A stretch of DNA of 32,000 nucleotides, taken from the NCBI RefSeq assembly GCF_000010625.1, contig NC_010296.1, forward strand, positions 1,980,001-2,012,000, read 5' to 3'. Shown in pieces: positions 17,635 to 26,875 of this stretch. The position numbers and the translations under genes are program-made. Below the pieces are notes generated by a model. It saw nothing but the letters and a program-made list of their open reading frames with translations, did no database searches and was not told where the DNA came from. This stretch comes from Microcystis aeruginosa NIES-843 (lineage in GTDB: Bacteria; Cyanobacteriota; Cyanobacteriia; Cyanobacteriales; Microcystaceae). How positions within the stretch are numbered: the stretch's first letter is position 1; every line of letters starts with the position of its first letter.

Positions 17635-18696
17635 ATGACTCCAGAGCAACAACAAGAACTTAACCAACATATTCAAGCGATAGCCAAGATTCTTCATCAG
17701 GAAGCTGAGGCTGAAAAAATCCAAACTTTAGAGGGAATAGAGACGACAATAAGAGAACAGACCTGAAAATATATAACTCCGAAACTAGGATTTTTTTTGG
17801 TCACAAAAACGACAGGAACTCAAGCCGGGAGACCGAGAAAAATAAAAAGCATCATCGGAGAATTATGCCTGACAGAAAAACAAGCAATCCGTTTAAATAT
17901 TCCTCGTAATAACCAAATTAGTCCTTACTTAGAACGCTGTTGTTTAAGAGCTAGTGCCAATGTTTCTTATGAAAATGCCGCCAGAGATCTTCAATTTTAT
18001 ACAGGGATGAAGGTCTCGGCTAGGACTCAACAACGATTAGTCCATCGCCACCAATTTGCCGAAGAAGAATCAGGAAACCCCGTTCAAGAAATTAGTCTAG
18101 ATGGAGGAAAAGTGCGCTTAAGAACCGAAACTAAGGGAGAGGCTTGTATCTGGAAAGATTATCAAGCAATCTGTGTTGATACTTTCCTAAGAAAAGCTTG
18201 GTTTGGAGAGAATGAATCGTTAATATATTGGGTTAATCAACAACCTTTATCTGACCCCCTTACCTGTTTGGGAGACGGACATCCCGGTATTGGGAAAATT
18301 GTGAAAAATTGGGATTGTCCAGGAGAAAAAAGAGAAATACTTGACTGGTTTCATTTGGTAGAAAATCTTCATAAAGTCGGCGGTTCAGTGAAGAGATTGA
18401 AAAAAGCAGCAAGTTTATTATGGCAGGGCAAAATTGAGGAAACAATAGCATTAATCTCTCCTTTAAAAAACGAACGAGCTGAAAATTTCTGTCGTTATTT
18501 AGAGATTCATCGTCATCGAATTGTTAATTATAATTACTATCAACAAGAAGAGATTTGCTCTATTGCTTCGGGAGCCGTTGAATCCACGGTTAAACAGATT
18601 GACCGACGACTGAAAATTTCTGGAGCCCAGTGGAATGAAGAAAATATCCCTCAAGTGCTTAAACACCGCTGTGCTTACCTAAATAACAGTCTTTAG
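17635..18696 (+). pseudogene. ISKra4-like transposase with a single in-frame TGA
   Basis: ATG 17635 (MTPEQQQELNQHIQAIAKIL...REQT) runs into TGA at 17764-17766. The same frame then continues KYITPKLGFFLVTKTTGTQAGRPRK...DGGKVRLR...ILDWFHLVENLHKVGGS...SGAVESTVKQIDRRLKISGAQW. Confidence 0.75.
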
Positions 18697-18851
18697 CTAT
18701 TGAATAGTATTTATGTTCTGACAAAACTGACTTGCTACTTGCGGGAGCATCTCACCTTTGCAATGAGCATAAATACTTAGTGGAAAAATAGGCTTTTCGA
18801 GGGTAATTCTTGTTTTAATTCTCCATGTACGCAGTCTTTAAAAGCCTCTAT

Positions 18852-20214
18852 TGGGACTTAAACGCCAAATAAAGATCAAATCGAGTATAATCGTTAAAGA
18901 GTAAGCACTTTACGTTGAAAGATCAGCGATGAAAGAGACAACCCCAGCCGCGATGCCCCCATGCTTTGACCGATGGTGTCGGCGGTTTGACAATTGCTTC
19001 AAAAACGAAGCGCAAAAAAACGGCTTCAGACAATATTTAGGAGGATTATTAGGGGAAAGTGAGAGGAAAAACCTCACTCAAATGGCCAATAATGCCGTCG
19101 GAGTAGTTTATAACCGATTACATCACTTTTTGACCGAATCTCCCTGGTCAGACCGTCAGGTGAATGAATGTCGGTTGCAAGTGATGAACCAATGCCGCCA
19201 GACGCAAATCCCCCGAGGATTTTCCCTGATTGTCGATGACTCAGGACATCGAAAAAGTGGCAATCTGACCGCCGGAGTTGGCAGGCAGTACCTAGGAGAA
19301 ATTGGCAAGACAGACAACGGAATAGTCGCCGTCACTACCCATCTCTACGACGGCAAAAAAAGTGTCCCCCTAGACATTGAAATTTATCAACCGGCTAGTT
19401 CCTTAGCCGAGGGGAAAGAAGACAAAGAATTTAAGAAGAAACCAGAGATAGCGATAGATTTAATTGACCGGAGCTTAACCAGAGGCTATCGACCGAAAAT
19501 CGTCTTAATAGATGCTGGTTATGGCAACAACACAAATTTTCTCAAAGCCCTGGAAGAAAGAAAGCTAAAATACTTAGGAGGATTGGCAAAAAATCGAAAA
19601 GTAATTATTGAAAAAGAAGGGGGTGTGGAAGAAACAATCCAGCTTGAGCAACTAGCAAAAAGCCTATCAGAAAAGGATTGGGAGAAAATCACCCTAAATC
19701 TAGATAAAGAAAAAACGGTTTGGGTAGCGGTATTCAGAGCGAAAATATCTCAACTAGAAGGAGAAAGGAACTTGGCGATCGTCATGAATGCAAGTTCAAT
19801 GGAAAAAGCCACAGAGGTGGACTATTTCATCACCAATGTAGTTGAGGCAGATACAGTAACAGCTTCGTGGATAGTGAGGACTTACACCGAAAGAAATTGG
19901 GTGGAAGTATTCTACCGAGAAGCCAAAGGATGGTTAGGGTTAAGGGAATATCAAGTCAGGGATAAACGAAGCTTACTTCGTCATTTTATCCTGGTGTTTT
20001 GTGCCTATACATTTATCCTGTGGCATAAGTTAACTGGGGGATTGCAAAGGCAGTGGGCGAATCGACCTTTAAACACTTTTGTGGAAGCCTTGGAAGCTTT
20101 TCGGACAGCGATGTCTTTCCGTTTCTTTGAGTGGCTGACCGAGAATCGGGATGTGTTTGCCGCTTACAAAGCCAGTTTAGGCTTTGTTTGGGCTTGAAAT
20201 TTGTTTAAGTCCCA
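18852..20214 (+). mobile_element. IS701-family-like element (E), the innermost insert
   Basis: The TIRs are TGGGACTTAAAC...GTTTAAGTCCCA. A 4-bp TSD CTAT is present. The uninterrupted MITE copy reads GCCTCTATTTCG at this site. Confidence 0.85.
18929..20197 (+). CDS. IS701-family (IS4-like DDE) transposase
   Basis: 422 aa with an intact ORF. The N-terminus, FDRWCRRFDNCFKNEAQKNGFRQYLGGLLGESERKNLTQMA...LHHFLTESPW, is typical of IS701-type transposases. Confidence 0.8.
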   Translation: MKETTPAAMPPCFDRWCRRFDNCFKNEAQKNGFRQYLGGLLGESERKNLTQMANNAVGVVYNRLHHFLTESPWSDRQVNECRLQVMNQCRQTQIPRGFSLIVDDSGHRKSGNLTAGVGRQYLGEIGKTDNGIVAVTTHLYDGKKSVPLDIEIYQPASSLAEGKEDKEFKKKPEIAIDLIDRSLTRGYRPKIVLIDAGYGNNTNFLKALEERKLKYLGGLAKNRKVIIEKEGGVEETIQLEQLAKSLSEKDWEKITLNLDKEKTVWVAVFRAKISQLEGERNLAIVMNASSMEKATEVDYFITNVVEADTVTASWIVRTYTERNWVEVFYREAKGWLGLREYQVRDKRSLLRHFILVFCAYTFILWHKLTGGLQRQWANRPLNTFVEALEAFRTAMSFRFFEWLTENRDVFAAYKASLGFVWA

Positions 20215-20892
20215 CTATTTCGTTCCAAGACACGATTAAGAGTGGCTTTTAGGCTAAGTATAATTACTTATCGCGTAAGTGAGATGCTCCCCTACTTGCG
20301 ACTTGCTCCCGATAATGCCCGCTATCAAAAATGTAAAATTGTTGAAGAATTGGCTCTTTCTTTGTCAATAGAGCTACTCTATTTGCCGTCTTATTCGCCT
20401 AATCTAAATTTAATTGAAAGGCTGTGGAAATTTGTCAAAAAGAAATGTTTGTATGGTAAATACTATGAAAACTTTTCTGACTTTTCTTCAGCTATTTATG
20501 AATGTCTGAATGATGCCCACCTGAAACATAAAAAAGAACTGGATTCCTTGCTCACTCTACGATTTCAGAAGTTTAATAAATCTCAGATTATGAACGTCTA
20601 AAGTATATCTTAACTTTAGCTTTGCTATCCAAGGAAATTCTCAAAGATTTAGTCTGGTTGTCAGCGGCTTGATTGGCTTGAGCTACATTGGCAAAAATTG
20701 CCTCGGTTTCTGGGATTTTTTTGAGCGGTTTTATTTTTTGTGTTTTTTTTAAACTATAGCCCATTCGATTCAAAATATCTCCAATGGTTTGACGAGAAGG
20801 CAATTGTTCATCTCGATAGCCTTTTTCTTCTTTTAATGCCTCTCTTACGGCTCTGGCACTAATTTTTGTCAAAGCAAAAGTTGATTGAAATT

Positions 20893-22314
20893 GGCTCTTC
20901 GGGAATTGTTATGCAAATAATTAACTTAAAATAAAATTCGATGAGAGCGCCTACGCTCAAAAGTATCTGAAATCCATATAGGGAAGGACTTAAGGCACAA
21001 ACAAGTTAATACCAAAAGATAGACAATCGAGTTAAGATTTGATATAATAGCCAAAAACGAGATTATTTTACTTATGATACTTGACAAATTTTTGAACCTA
21101 AAAGGAACCTGTATTCAAGGCTATCGACACCTAGAAAATATCGGTATAGTTTGACCAGTCGAATCGAAAAATCAAAAAGCAACCTGTCCTCGTTGTGGGT
21201 TAGAGAGCGATAAACTCCACCAAAATCATCGACATTTAGTCAAAGATTTACCAATCTCAGGTCAACCAGTATACCTACAAGTTAATCGTCGTCAATTTAA
21301 GTGCGATAATTGTCAGAAACCCTTTAGCGAAGAGTTAGATTTTGTCGCCAAGAAACGAACCTATACGAAAAGACTAGCCGCAAATATACTCGAACAATTA
21401 AAAGAAGGAGATATTTTAAATGTTAGTCGAATAAATGACGTAACGGAAGAAGAGATTCAAAGAATGATAGAGGACATCGCCGAAGAAATTACAGAGCCAG
21501 ACCTATCGGAATTAAAAAGACTAGGAATTGATGAAATCGCTCTAGTCAAAGGACAAAAAAATTACTGTGCGGTTTTAGTAAATTTAGATACGGGAAAACT
21601 AATAGCTATTCTAGAGAAGCGAACACAAGAAGAGTTGAGGGAAACGCTTACTGGGTGGGGAAAAGAGGTGTTAGAGCAAATTGAAGAAGTGAGCATAGAC
21701 CTTTGGTTGCCCTATAAAAATTTGGTGAAAGAATTGATGCCATCGGCCGAGGTAGTCGCCGATAGATTCCATGTCATGAAACAAATTAATCAAGAGTTAG
21801 ACGAACAGAGAAGAGCGGAAAAAAGAGCCGTAGAAGCGCAGAAAAATAAAAAACAGAAAGCAGAAAAAGAAGCGAAGCTAGAAGTTTTAAAGCGAAGTAA
21901 ATATAGCCTGTTAAAAAATGAAGAAGATTTAACGGAACCCCAAAAAATTAAACTAGAAGCTATCAAAGAAAAATTCCCAAATTTGAAAAAGATGCAGGAA
22001 TTAAAGGAAGAATTTAGAAAGATTTATGAAACCTCAGAGAATCCGACAGAGGGAATGCTATCCATCTCGGAATGGTTGGCAAAATCCTCCAGTGTTTTTA
22101 CCAAGAGTTGTCAAACAATCCGAAACTGGTTTGGAGAAATCATTAGTTATTTTGAGCGAAGGACAACGAATGGGGTGGTCGAGGGAATCAACAATAAACT
22201 TAAACTAATAAAACGGAGAGGCTATGGCTTGAGAAACTTTCGGAATTTTTGGGTTAGAAGTATGTTGTCTTGGCATCTTGTCTGTTGATTTAGCATAAAG
22301 GATAACGAAGAGCC
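20893..22314 (+). mobile_element. ISL3-family insertion sequence, copy 2
   Basis: It is near-identical to 10571-11992. A perfect 8-bp TSD TTGAAATT lies at 20885-20892 and 22315-22322. It is inserted in the ISAzo13-A transposase gene. Confidence 0.92.
21074..22288 (+). pseudogene. ISL3 transposase with an in-frame TGA at codon 27
   Basis: Copy 1 has GTT TGC CGA ATC and copy 2 has GTT TGA CCA GTC (21149-21160). The rest stays in frame. The ORF track only picks up Met at 21464. Confidence 0.8.
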
Positions 22315-22910
22315 TTGAAATTTAGGGTCTGCTTGCGAGTACATCTCCACTAAACTTTTGATGTCTGCCTCTAAGTTTGGTAGCAGTTCCTCCGTTTTTT
22401 TTCTCCCCCTAGCACGATAATTATCAACACAAATAATCCCAGTTTCTAGCTCTTTCAATCCCGTTGCTATTGCCTGCCTAGACCATCCCAATTCTGTTTC
22501 GGCCCGGCGCGGCGAAGAGTTAAAATAGTCTATAGTTACTTGCGCCATAAAAGCCCTTTTCTTAAAACCTGTCAGCTTTTTTGCCGCATCTTTCAAGCTT
22601 GATTTGATTTTTTCAGTCAGTTCAGTTACCATAGTTGAGAGTGGGAGTAACAAGTTGCTTCTCTAGTCTAGATGGTAATTTATTAATACGCAAGTCCCTA
22701 AAGGAGTGATGACGCTGGTGGACGAAAATCGTCAAACCCAGTTGATGGAAAAATTGGCTCTTGATTGTAAACGCAGCGGTGGCGGATCGGCGGCGAATAC
22801 CCTAGTAGCGATCGCTCAGTTGGGGGGTAAAGGTTTCTATTCCTGTAAAGTGGGCAATGACGAATTAGGTAAGTTTTATCTGCAAGATCTGCGGGCCTGT
22901 GGTTTGCATA

Positions 22911-22997
22911 AGCTAAACGGCTTTTACTTCGGATCACCGATATAGACTCCAAAAGGGTTATAGCTGTTGGATCATGCAGGTTAAGCGCCGTTTAGCT
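22911..22997. mobile_element. 87-bp MITE with TA TSD (IS630/Tc1-type)
   Basis: The TIRs are AGCTAAACGGC...GCCGTTTAGCT. TA lies at 22909-22910 and 22998-22999. Excision restores GGT TTG CAT ACC AAT GAA (GLHTNE). Confidence 0.85.
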
Positions 22998-23362
22998 TAC
23001 CAATGAACACGGTGGCGAAAAAGAGGTGGGAATCACGGGAAAATGTCTAGTTTTCGTGACTCCCGATGCCGATCGCACCATGAATACTTTTCTCGGCATC
23101 ACCGGGGAAATTTCCGAACGAGAATTAGTACCTTCAGCGATCGTTAATGCCGATTATCTCTATCTCGAAGGTTATCTCGTCACCTCTCCCACTGCCAAAG
23201 CTGCCGCTATTAAAGGGCGAGAAATTGCTCAGGCTGCTGGAGTCAAAACCGCTTTATCCCTGTCGGATCCCAATATGGCGATCTTCTTCCGGGAGGGATT
23301 ACTGGAAATGATCGGAACGGGGTTAGATTTCGTTTTCGCTAATGAGTCGGAAGCTTTGACTA

Positions 23363-24500
23363 TACTTTGCACGGCTACAACTTGCATTTTTTACTCAAAG
23401 ACAATAATATAGTTTAAGAGTCATAATTAGAAGCAAAGCACTCATTAAAAACATGATTAACCTAGAATTCACGGAAGAAGAAAAGAACTCACTGTATTAT
23501 GAAAGATTTCATCATCCCCATCCCCGGGTTCAACTGAAAATGGAAGTTCTCTGGTTAAAGAGCCAAAAGATACCGCACCAAAAAATTTGTCAGTTAGCAG
23601 GAATCTCGCCAAATACCTTATTAACTTATCTTCGAGATTATCAAGAAGGCGGAATAGAAAAATTAAAAGAAATCAACTTCTATCGCCCTAAAAGTGAATT
23701 AGAGTCTCAAAAAGAACCGCTCAAAAAATACTTCGAGAAAAATCCACCAGCCACAATAAATGAAGCTGTATATAGGAGAGAAGAATTGACGGGAATAAAA
23801 CGAAGTCCTACCCAAGTGAGAAAATTTTTAAAATCAATGGGAATGAAATGTATAAAAGTAGGTTCTCTTCCTTCTAAAGCTGACCGGGATGAACAAGAGG
23901 ACTACAAAGAAAAAAAGCTAGAACCCAGACTAAATGAGGCTAAAGAAGGAAAAATGGCTGTTTTTTTTGTTGATGCCGCTCACTTCGTCATGGGAGCATT
24001 TCTCGGTTTTGTTTGGTGTTTTGAGAGACTTTTCGTTAAGTCACCGAGCGGGCGTAAACGCTTCAATGTTTTAGGAGCATTAAATGCGATAACTCATGAA
24101 GTTATTATGGTTACTAATGACACTTATATTACAGCAGCTCAAGTCTGTGAACTCCGGTCAAAAATAGCTGCTTTAGGACTAATGATTCCCATCACTCTCG
24201 TATTAGATAATGCCCGCTATCAGAAATGTAAAATTGTTGAAAAATTGGCTCTTTATTTGTCAATAGAGCTACTCTATCTACCGTCTTATTCGCCTAATCT
24301 AAATTTAATTGAAAGGCTGTGGAAATTTGTCAAAAAGAAATGTTTATATGGTAAATATTATGAGAACTTTTCTGACTTTTCTTCAGCTATTTATGAATGT
24401 CTGAATGATGCCCATCTGAAACATAAAAAAGAACTGGATTCCTTGCTGACTCTACGATTTCAGAAGTTTAATAAATCTCAGATTATGAACGTCTAAAGTA
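23363..24500 (+). mobile_element. IS630-family element (type B, copy 2), intact
   Basis: The TIRs are TACTTTGCACGG...CGTCTAAAGTA. A TA TSD lies at 23361-23362 and 24501-24502. Confidence 0.9.
23453..24496 (+). CDS. IS630-family transposase
   Basis: 347 aa with an intact ORF, showing ...VFFVDAAHFV...LVLDNARYQKC...LPSYSPNLNLIERLWKFVK. Confidence 0.9.
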   Translation: MINLEFTEEEKNSLYYERFHHPHPRVQLKMEVLWLKSQKIPHQKICQLAGISPNTLLTYLRDYQEGGIEKLKEINFYRPKSELESQKEPLKKYFEKNPPATINEAVYRREELTGIKRSPTQVRKFLKSMGMKCIKVGSLPSKADRDEQEDYKEKKLEPRLNEAKEGKMAVFFVDAAHFVMGAFLGFVWCFERLFVKSPSGRKRFNVLGALNAITHEVIMVTNDTYITAAQVCELRSKIAALGLMIPITLVLDNARYQKCKIVEKLALYLSIELLYLPSYSPNLNLIERLWKFVKKKCLYGKYYENFSDFSSAIYECLNDAHLKHKKELDSLLTLRFQKFNKSQIMNV

Positions 24501-24600
24501 TATTTCCGGCAGCGAGGAAATTGAGTCAGCGATCGCCTATTTTAAAACCATTGCCCAAGGATTCGCTATCACCCGGGGTGCCAATGGTTCTTTGATCTAT

Positions 24601-25029
24601 CTGAACTTCCCCCGTATAAACATACTAGCTATGGCTAAAAGTCTTACAGAGCCTGAGTTAAAGCAATATAATACTAATGGACTACTGGACACAAAATCCT
24701 GAAGTCCTTACGCAGATAGGGTTTGAGGCAAAATTTTTCAAATTTGACCTTTCGACCATTATAGCTTGTTTCGGGGCAGAAAACCATCAAAAACATGGCT
24801 ACAGAGGGAATCGCTGACTCTAGAGATTAATGACACTATCTGTTACCATCAGGTTAGCGATCACTATACAGCCAACTCTACGGAATCGCTCTACTTCAGA
24901 TACAGTCAACGGTACAGCCATTTTCAAGCGAAAAATGTACCCAGTAGCCTCTTTTCAATTTTTTCTGAGAAGCTCCATGCAGTAAGGGTTTTGTTAATTT
25001 TTTAGTATTTCTGTATGGGGGAAGTCCAG
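24601..25029. mobile_element. 429-bp non-autonomous element with ~27-bp TIRs and a 6-bp TSD
   Basis: The left TIR is CTGAACTTCCCCCGTATAAACATACTA and the right is the complement of CTGGACTTCCCCCATACAGAAATACTA (22/27 match). The TSD ATCTAT lies at 24595-24600 and 25030-25035. There is no convincing ORF. Confidence 0.8.
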
Positions 25030-25135
25030 ATCTATGATGGCGAAAATCTCCTGGAAATTGACCCCCATCCCGTACAGGCGATCGATACCGTCGGTGCGGG
25101 GGATATGTATGCAGGTGCGTTTCTCTACGGTATTA

Positions 25136-26277
25136 TACCATTTTTCAAAAAGTATGTCATACTTGGTAAAGGTATAGTTTGTGTGGTAAAAAGGCAATGA
25201 GTGGAGTCCCTAATATTAATGTTGCTGAGTCAGTAGAAGACTTAAAATCCTTGTTGAAGCAACAAGTAACCTCTTTAAACTTTGCTAAAGTACAATCCCT
25301 GTATCTACTAAAAATTAAGGAGGTAGAAACGGTTCGTCATCTCGCCGTGTTAATAGGACGCTCAGAAAGAACTATTCATCGCTGGTTAAGTTGTTATCGA
25401 GAAGGAGGGATAGAAAATCTCTTGTCAGAACCAGAAAAACTGGGAAGACCCAAAAAGATTTCAGTGGAAGAAGCCGCTCTAATTCAGAATGAATTAAAAG
25501 ACCCAGAAGGATTTCAAAGTTATAAAGAAATTCATTTTTGGGTATCAATTATTTTAGAAATACCCACCAGTTATATAACTGTTTACCGTCTCGTAAGAAA
25601 TGAATTACAAGCTAAATTAAAAGTGGCTCGACCTCAAAATTTAAAACAATTACCAGGAGAAGTAAAAATATTCCAAAATAATCTATCTGAACAGCTACAA
25701 GCTTTACTAGAAAAGGAATCTGAAAAAGTTAGTCAATATTTAAAAGTCCGCTTCTGGTGTCAAGATGAAAGTCGCTTCGGCTGTCATACCATTGTCAGAG
25801 ATAAAATAACAATTAAAGGCATAAAGCCCCTTGGTAATTTTCAGTATAATTTTCAATATCTCTGGCTCTATGGTTTAATAGAACCTCGAACAGGTAGCAG
25901 TTTTTTCTATGAATTTTCTCATTTAGATGGGGAATGTTTTAATCAATATTTAACGCTTTTTTCTCAAGCTTTTTCTGAGGAATTACATATTATTCAATTA
26001 GATAATGCTCCCGCACATACGGCGACCGACCTAGAAATACCTGATAATATTATCCTATTTTATCAACCTCCCTATTGTCCAGAAGTAAATCCAATTGAGA
26101 GAGTTTGGCTATATTTGAAAAACCTATTGGCCTGGGGCAATTTTAACTCCCTTGATAACTTAAGAAGTAAACTTTACCATCTTTTAAATTCTCTATCCAA
26201 TGACACGATCGGGTATTTGACGGGATGGTCTTGGATTTTAGAAGCTCTATGTCTGTCAGGAATTTAGAAAAATGGTA
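25136..26277 (+). mobile_element. IS630-family element (type J)
   Basis: The TIRs are TACCATTTTTC...GAAAAATGGTA. The junction lies inside a GGTATTA microhomology, so the boundaries are good to only +/- 2 nt. Confidence 0.8.
25197..26267 (+). CDS. IS630-family transposase
   Basis: The ORF track starts at 25179. ATG 25197 follows AAGG. The sequence shows [13 protein letters not shown], then [10 protein letters not shown]...LDNAPAHT...[14 protein letters not shown]. Confidence 0.88.
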   Translation: MSGVPNINVAESVEDLKSLLKQQVTSLNFAKVQSLYLLKIKEVETVRHLAVLIGRSERTIHRWLSCYREGGIENLLSEPEKLGRPKKISVEEAALIQNELKDPEGFQSYKEIHFWVSIILEIPTSYITVYRLVRNELQAKLKVARPQNLKQLPGEVKIFQNNLSEQLQALLEKESEKVSQYLKVRFWCQDESRFGCHTIVRDKITIKGIKPLGNFQYNFQYLWLYGLIEPRTGSSFFYEFSHLDGECFNQYLTLFSQAFSEELHIIQLDNAPAHTATDLEIPDNIILFYQPPYCPEVNPIERVWLYLKNLLAWGNFNSLDNLRSKLYHLLNSLSNDTIGYLTGWSWILEALCLSGI

Positions 26278-26557
26278 TTACCCACGGTATGGGTTACAAA
26301 GGAGCGGGAAATCTCGCTTCTCTAGCGGCTGCCCGGGTGGTTTCTACTTTTGGAGCGCGTTTACAAACCGAGGAAATTCAATCCCTGCGCGATTTGATCG
26401 TTTTGGGATAGGTTTTGTCAGTGATCAGCTTGTAGTCAGTAGTCAGGTTTTTTCTCCCTGCTCCCTGCTCATAGACAGTCTTAACGAGTAATTTAGATAG
26501 TTAGACTAAATCCTGTTTAAAGAGTATAGGAGAGCGGGGAGAAGGGAGCGGGTTTTT

Positions 26558-26744
26558 GGTTCTTCGTTACTTAGTATGGTTCGATATGGGGGCATAAATC
26601 GACTGAATCCTTATCTGGCAAGAGATTTAATTGATTAGTTCGCTCTAGATCGAAACCAATTAACAAAAATCGCAGCCATGTCTTTCTCTATAAGAGTTTC
26701 ATTCCTTATAACCCTGTACGTTGCACAAGACAAACCGAAGAGCC
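26558..26744. mobile_element. 187-bp MITE derived from the ISL3 element
   Basis: Its ends are GGTTCTTCGTTAC... and ...CCGAAGAGCC, which match the ISL3 TIRs (GGCTCTTCG). An 8-bp TSD GGGTTTTT lies at 26550-26557 and 26745-26752. Confidence 0.85.
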
Positions 26745-26875
26745 GGGTTTTTCAAGTTGGATTGGGGGTTAATCATGCTATTAAAAACCGATTCAGTATA
26801 ACGGTCTAGTTCAGCCGCCGCAGATAACCTGTAATTTTTATAGGTATTTTTTGTGAAGTCGTCTCCAACGCAGTG

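Larger units (their letters stand above)
18743..20291. mobile_element. MITE type D, copy 2, itself carrying an IS701-like element
   Basis: The two arms are identical to 13943-14124. An 8-bp TSD CTACTTGC lies at 18735-18742 and 20292-20299, inside the ISKra4 right end. Confidence 0.88.
17544..20310 (+). mobile_element. ISKra4-like element (C) inserted in IS630-B1
   Basis: The TIRs are GGGAGCAAGTC...GACTTGCTCCC. A 9-bp TSD GATAATGCC lies at 17535-17543 and 20311-20319. Its own sequence is about 1.2 kb once the nested insert is removed. Confidence 0.85.
16692..20605 (+). mobile_element. IS630-family element (type B, copy 1), interrupted
   Basis: It has the same ends as the intact copy at 23363-24500 (TACTTTGCACGG...CGTCTAAAGTA). 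A TA TSD lies at 16690-16691 and 20606-20607. The transposase is split after ...ITLVLDNA (17543) and resumes at 20311 (RYQKCKIV...). Confidence 0.88.
16131..22698 (-). mobile_element. ISAzo13-like element (A), degraded and carrying nested insertions
   Basis: Transposase pieces lie at 22315-22632 (MVTELTEKIKSS...), 20606-20892 (...KIPETEAIFANVAQ...SLDSKAKVKI) and 16131-16691 (GNLSREGKARY...HSKYNPIERCWAVLENYW). The right end is ...GCAAGTCCC at 22698, followed by TAA. The 3' end is cut by IS30, and a 1-nt frameshift lies near 16335. Confidence 0.75.
22700..26411 (+). pseudogene. pfkB-family carbohydrate/adenosine-kinase-like gene, 5'-truncated and split by four insertions
   Basis: With the inserts removed, the exon-like pieces join in frame. 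Piece 1: [12 protein letters not shown]...GGGSAANT...DLRACGLH. Piece 2: [33 protein letters not shown]...ANESEALT. Piece 3: ISGSEEIESAIAYFKTIAQGFAITRGANGSLIY. Piece 4: [33 protein letters not shown]. Piece 5: THGMGYKGAGNLASLAAARVVSTFGARL...LG, followed by the stop codon at 26409-26411. Confidence 0.85.

Noticed and set aside
22698-22952. 84-aa minus-strand ORF
   Set aside because: It is antisense to the first pfkB fragment, which has the clear kinase motif GGGSAANT.
24766-25200. ORFs 24766-25005 (+), 24994-25197 (-) and 25015-25200 (+)
   Set aside because: The first two lie wholly or mainly in the non-coding 429-bp MITE (24994-25197 also runs antisense across the kinase fragment and the IS630-J left end) and lack any recognisable motif. 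The third is simply the pfkB fragment ([23 protein letters not shown]...) running on into the IS630-J end.
26225-26491. 88-aa plus-strand ORF spanning the IS630-J end and the region beyond it
   Set aside because: It is in a different frame from the true pfkB 3' fragment (THGMGYKGAGNLASLAAARV...), which ends at 26411. Its content is low-complexity.
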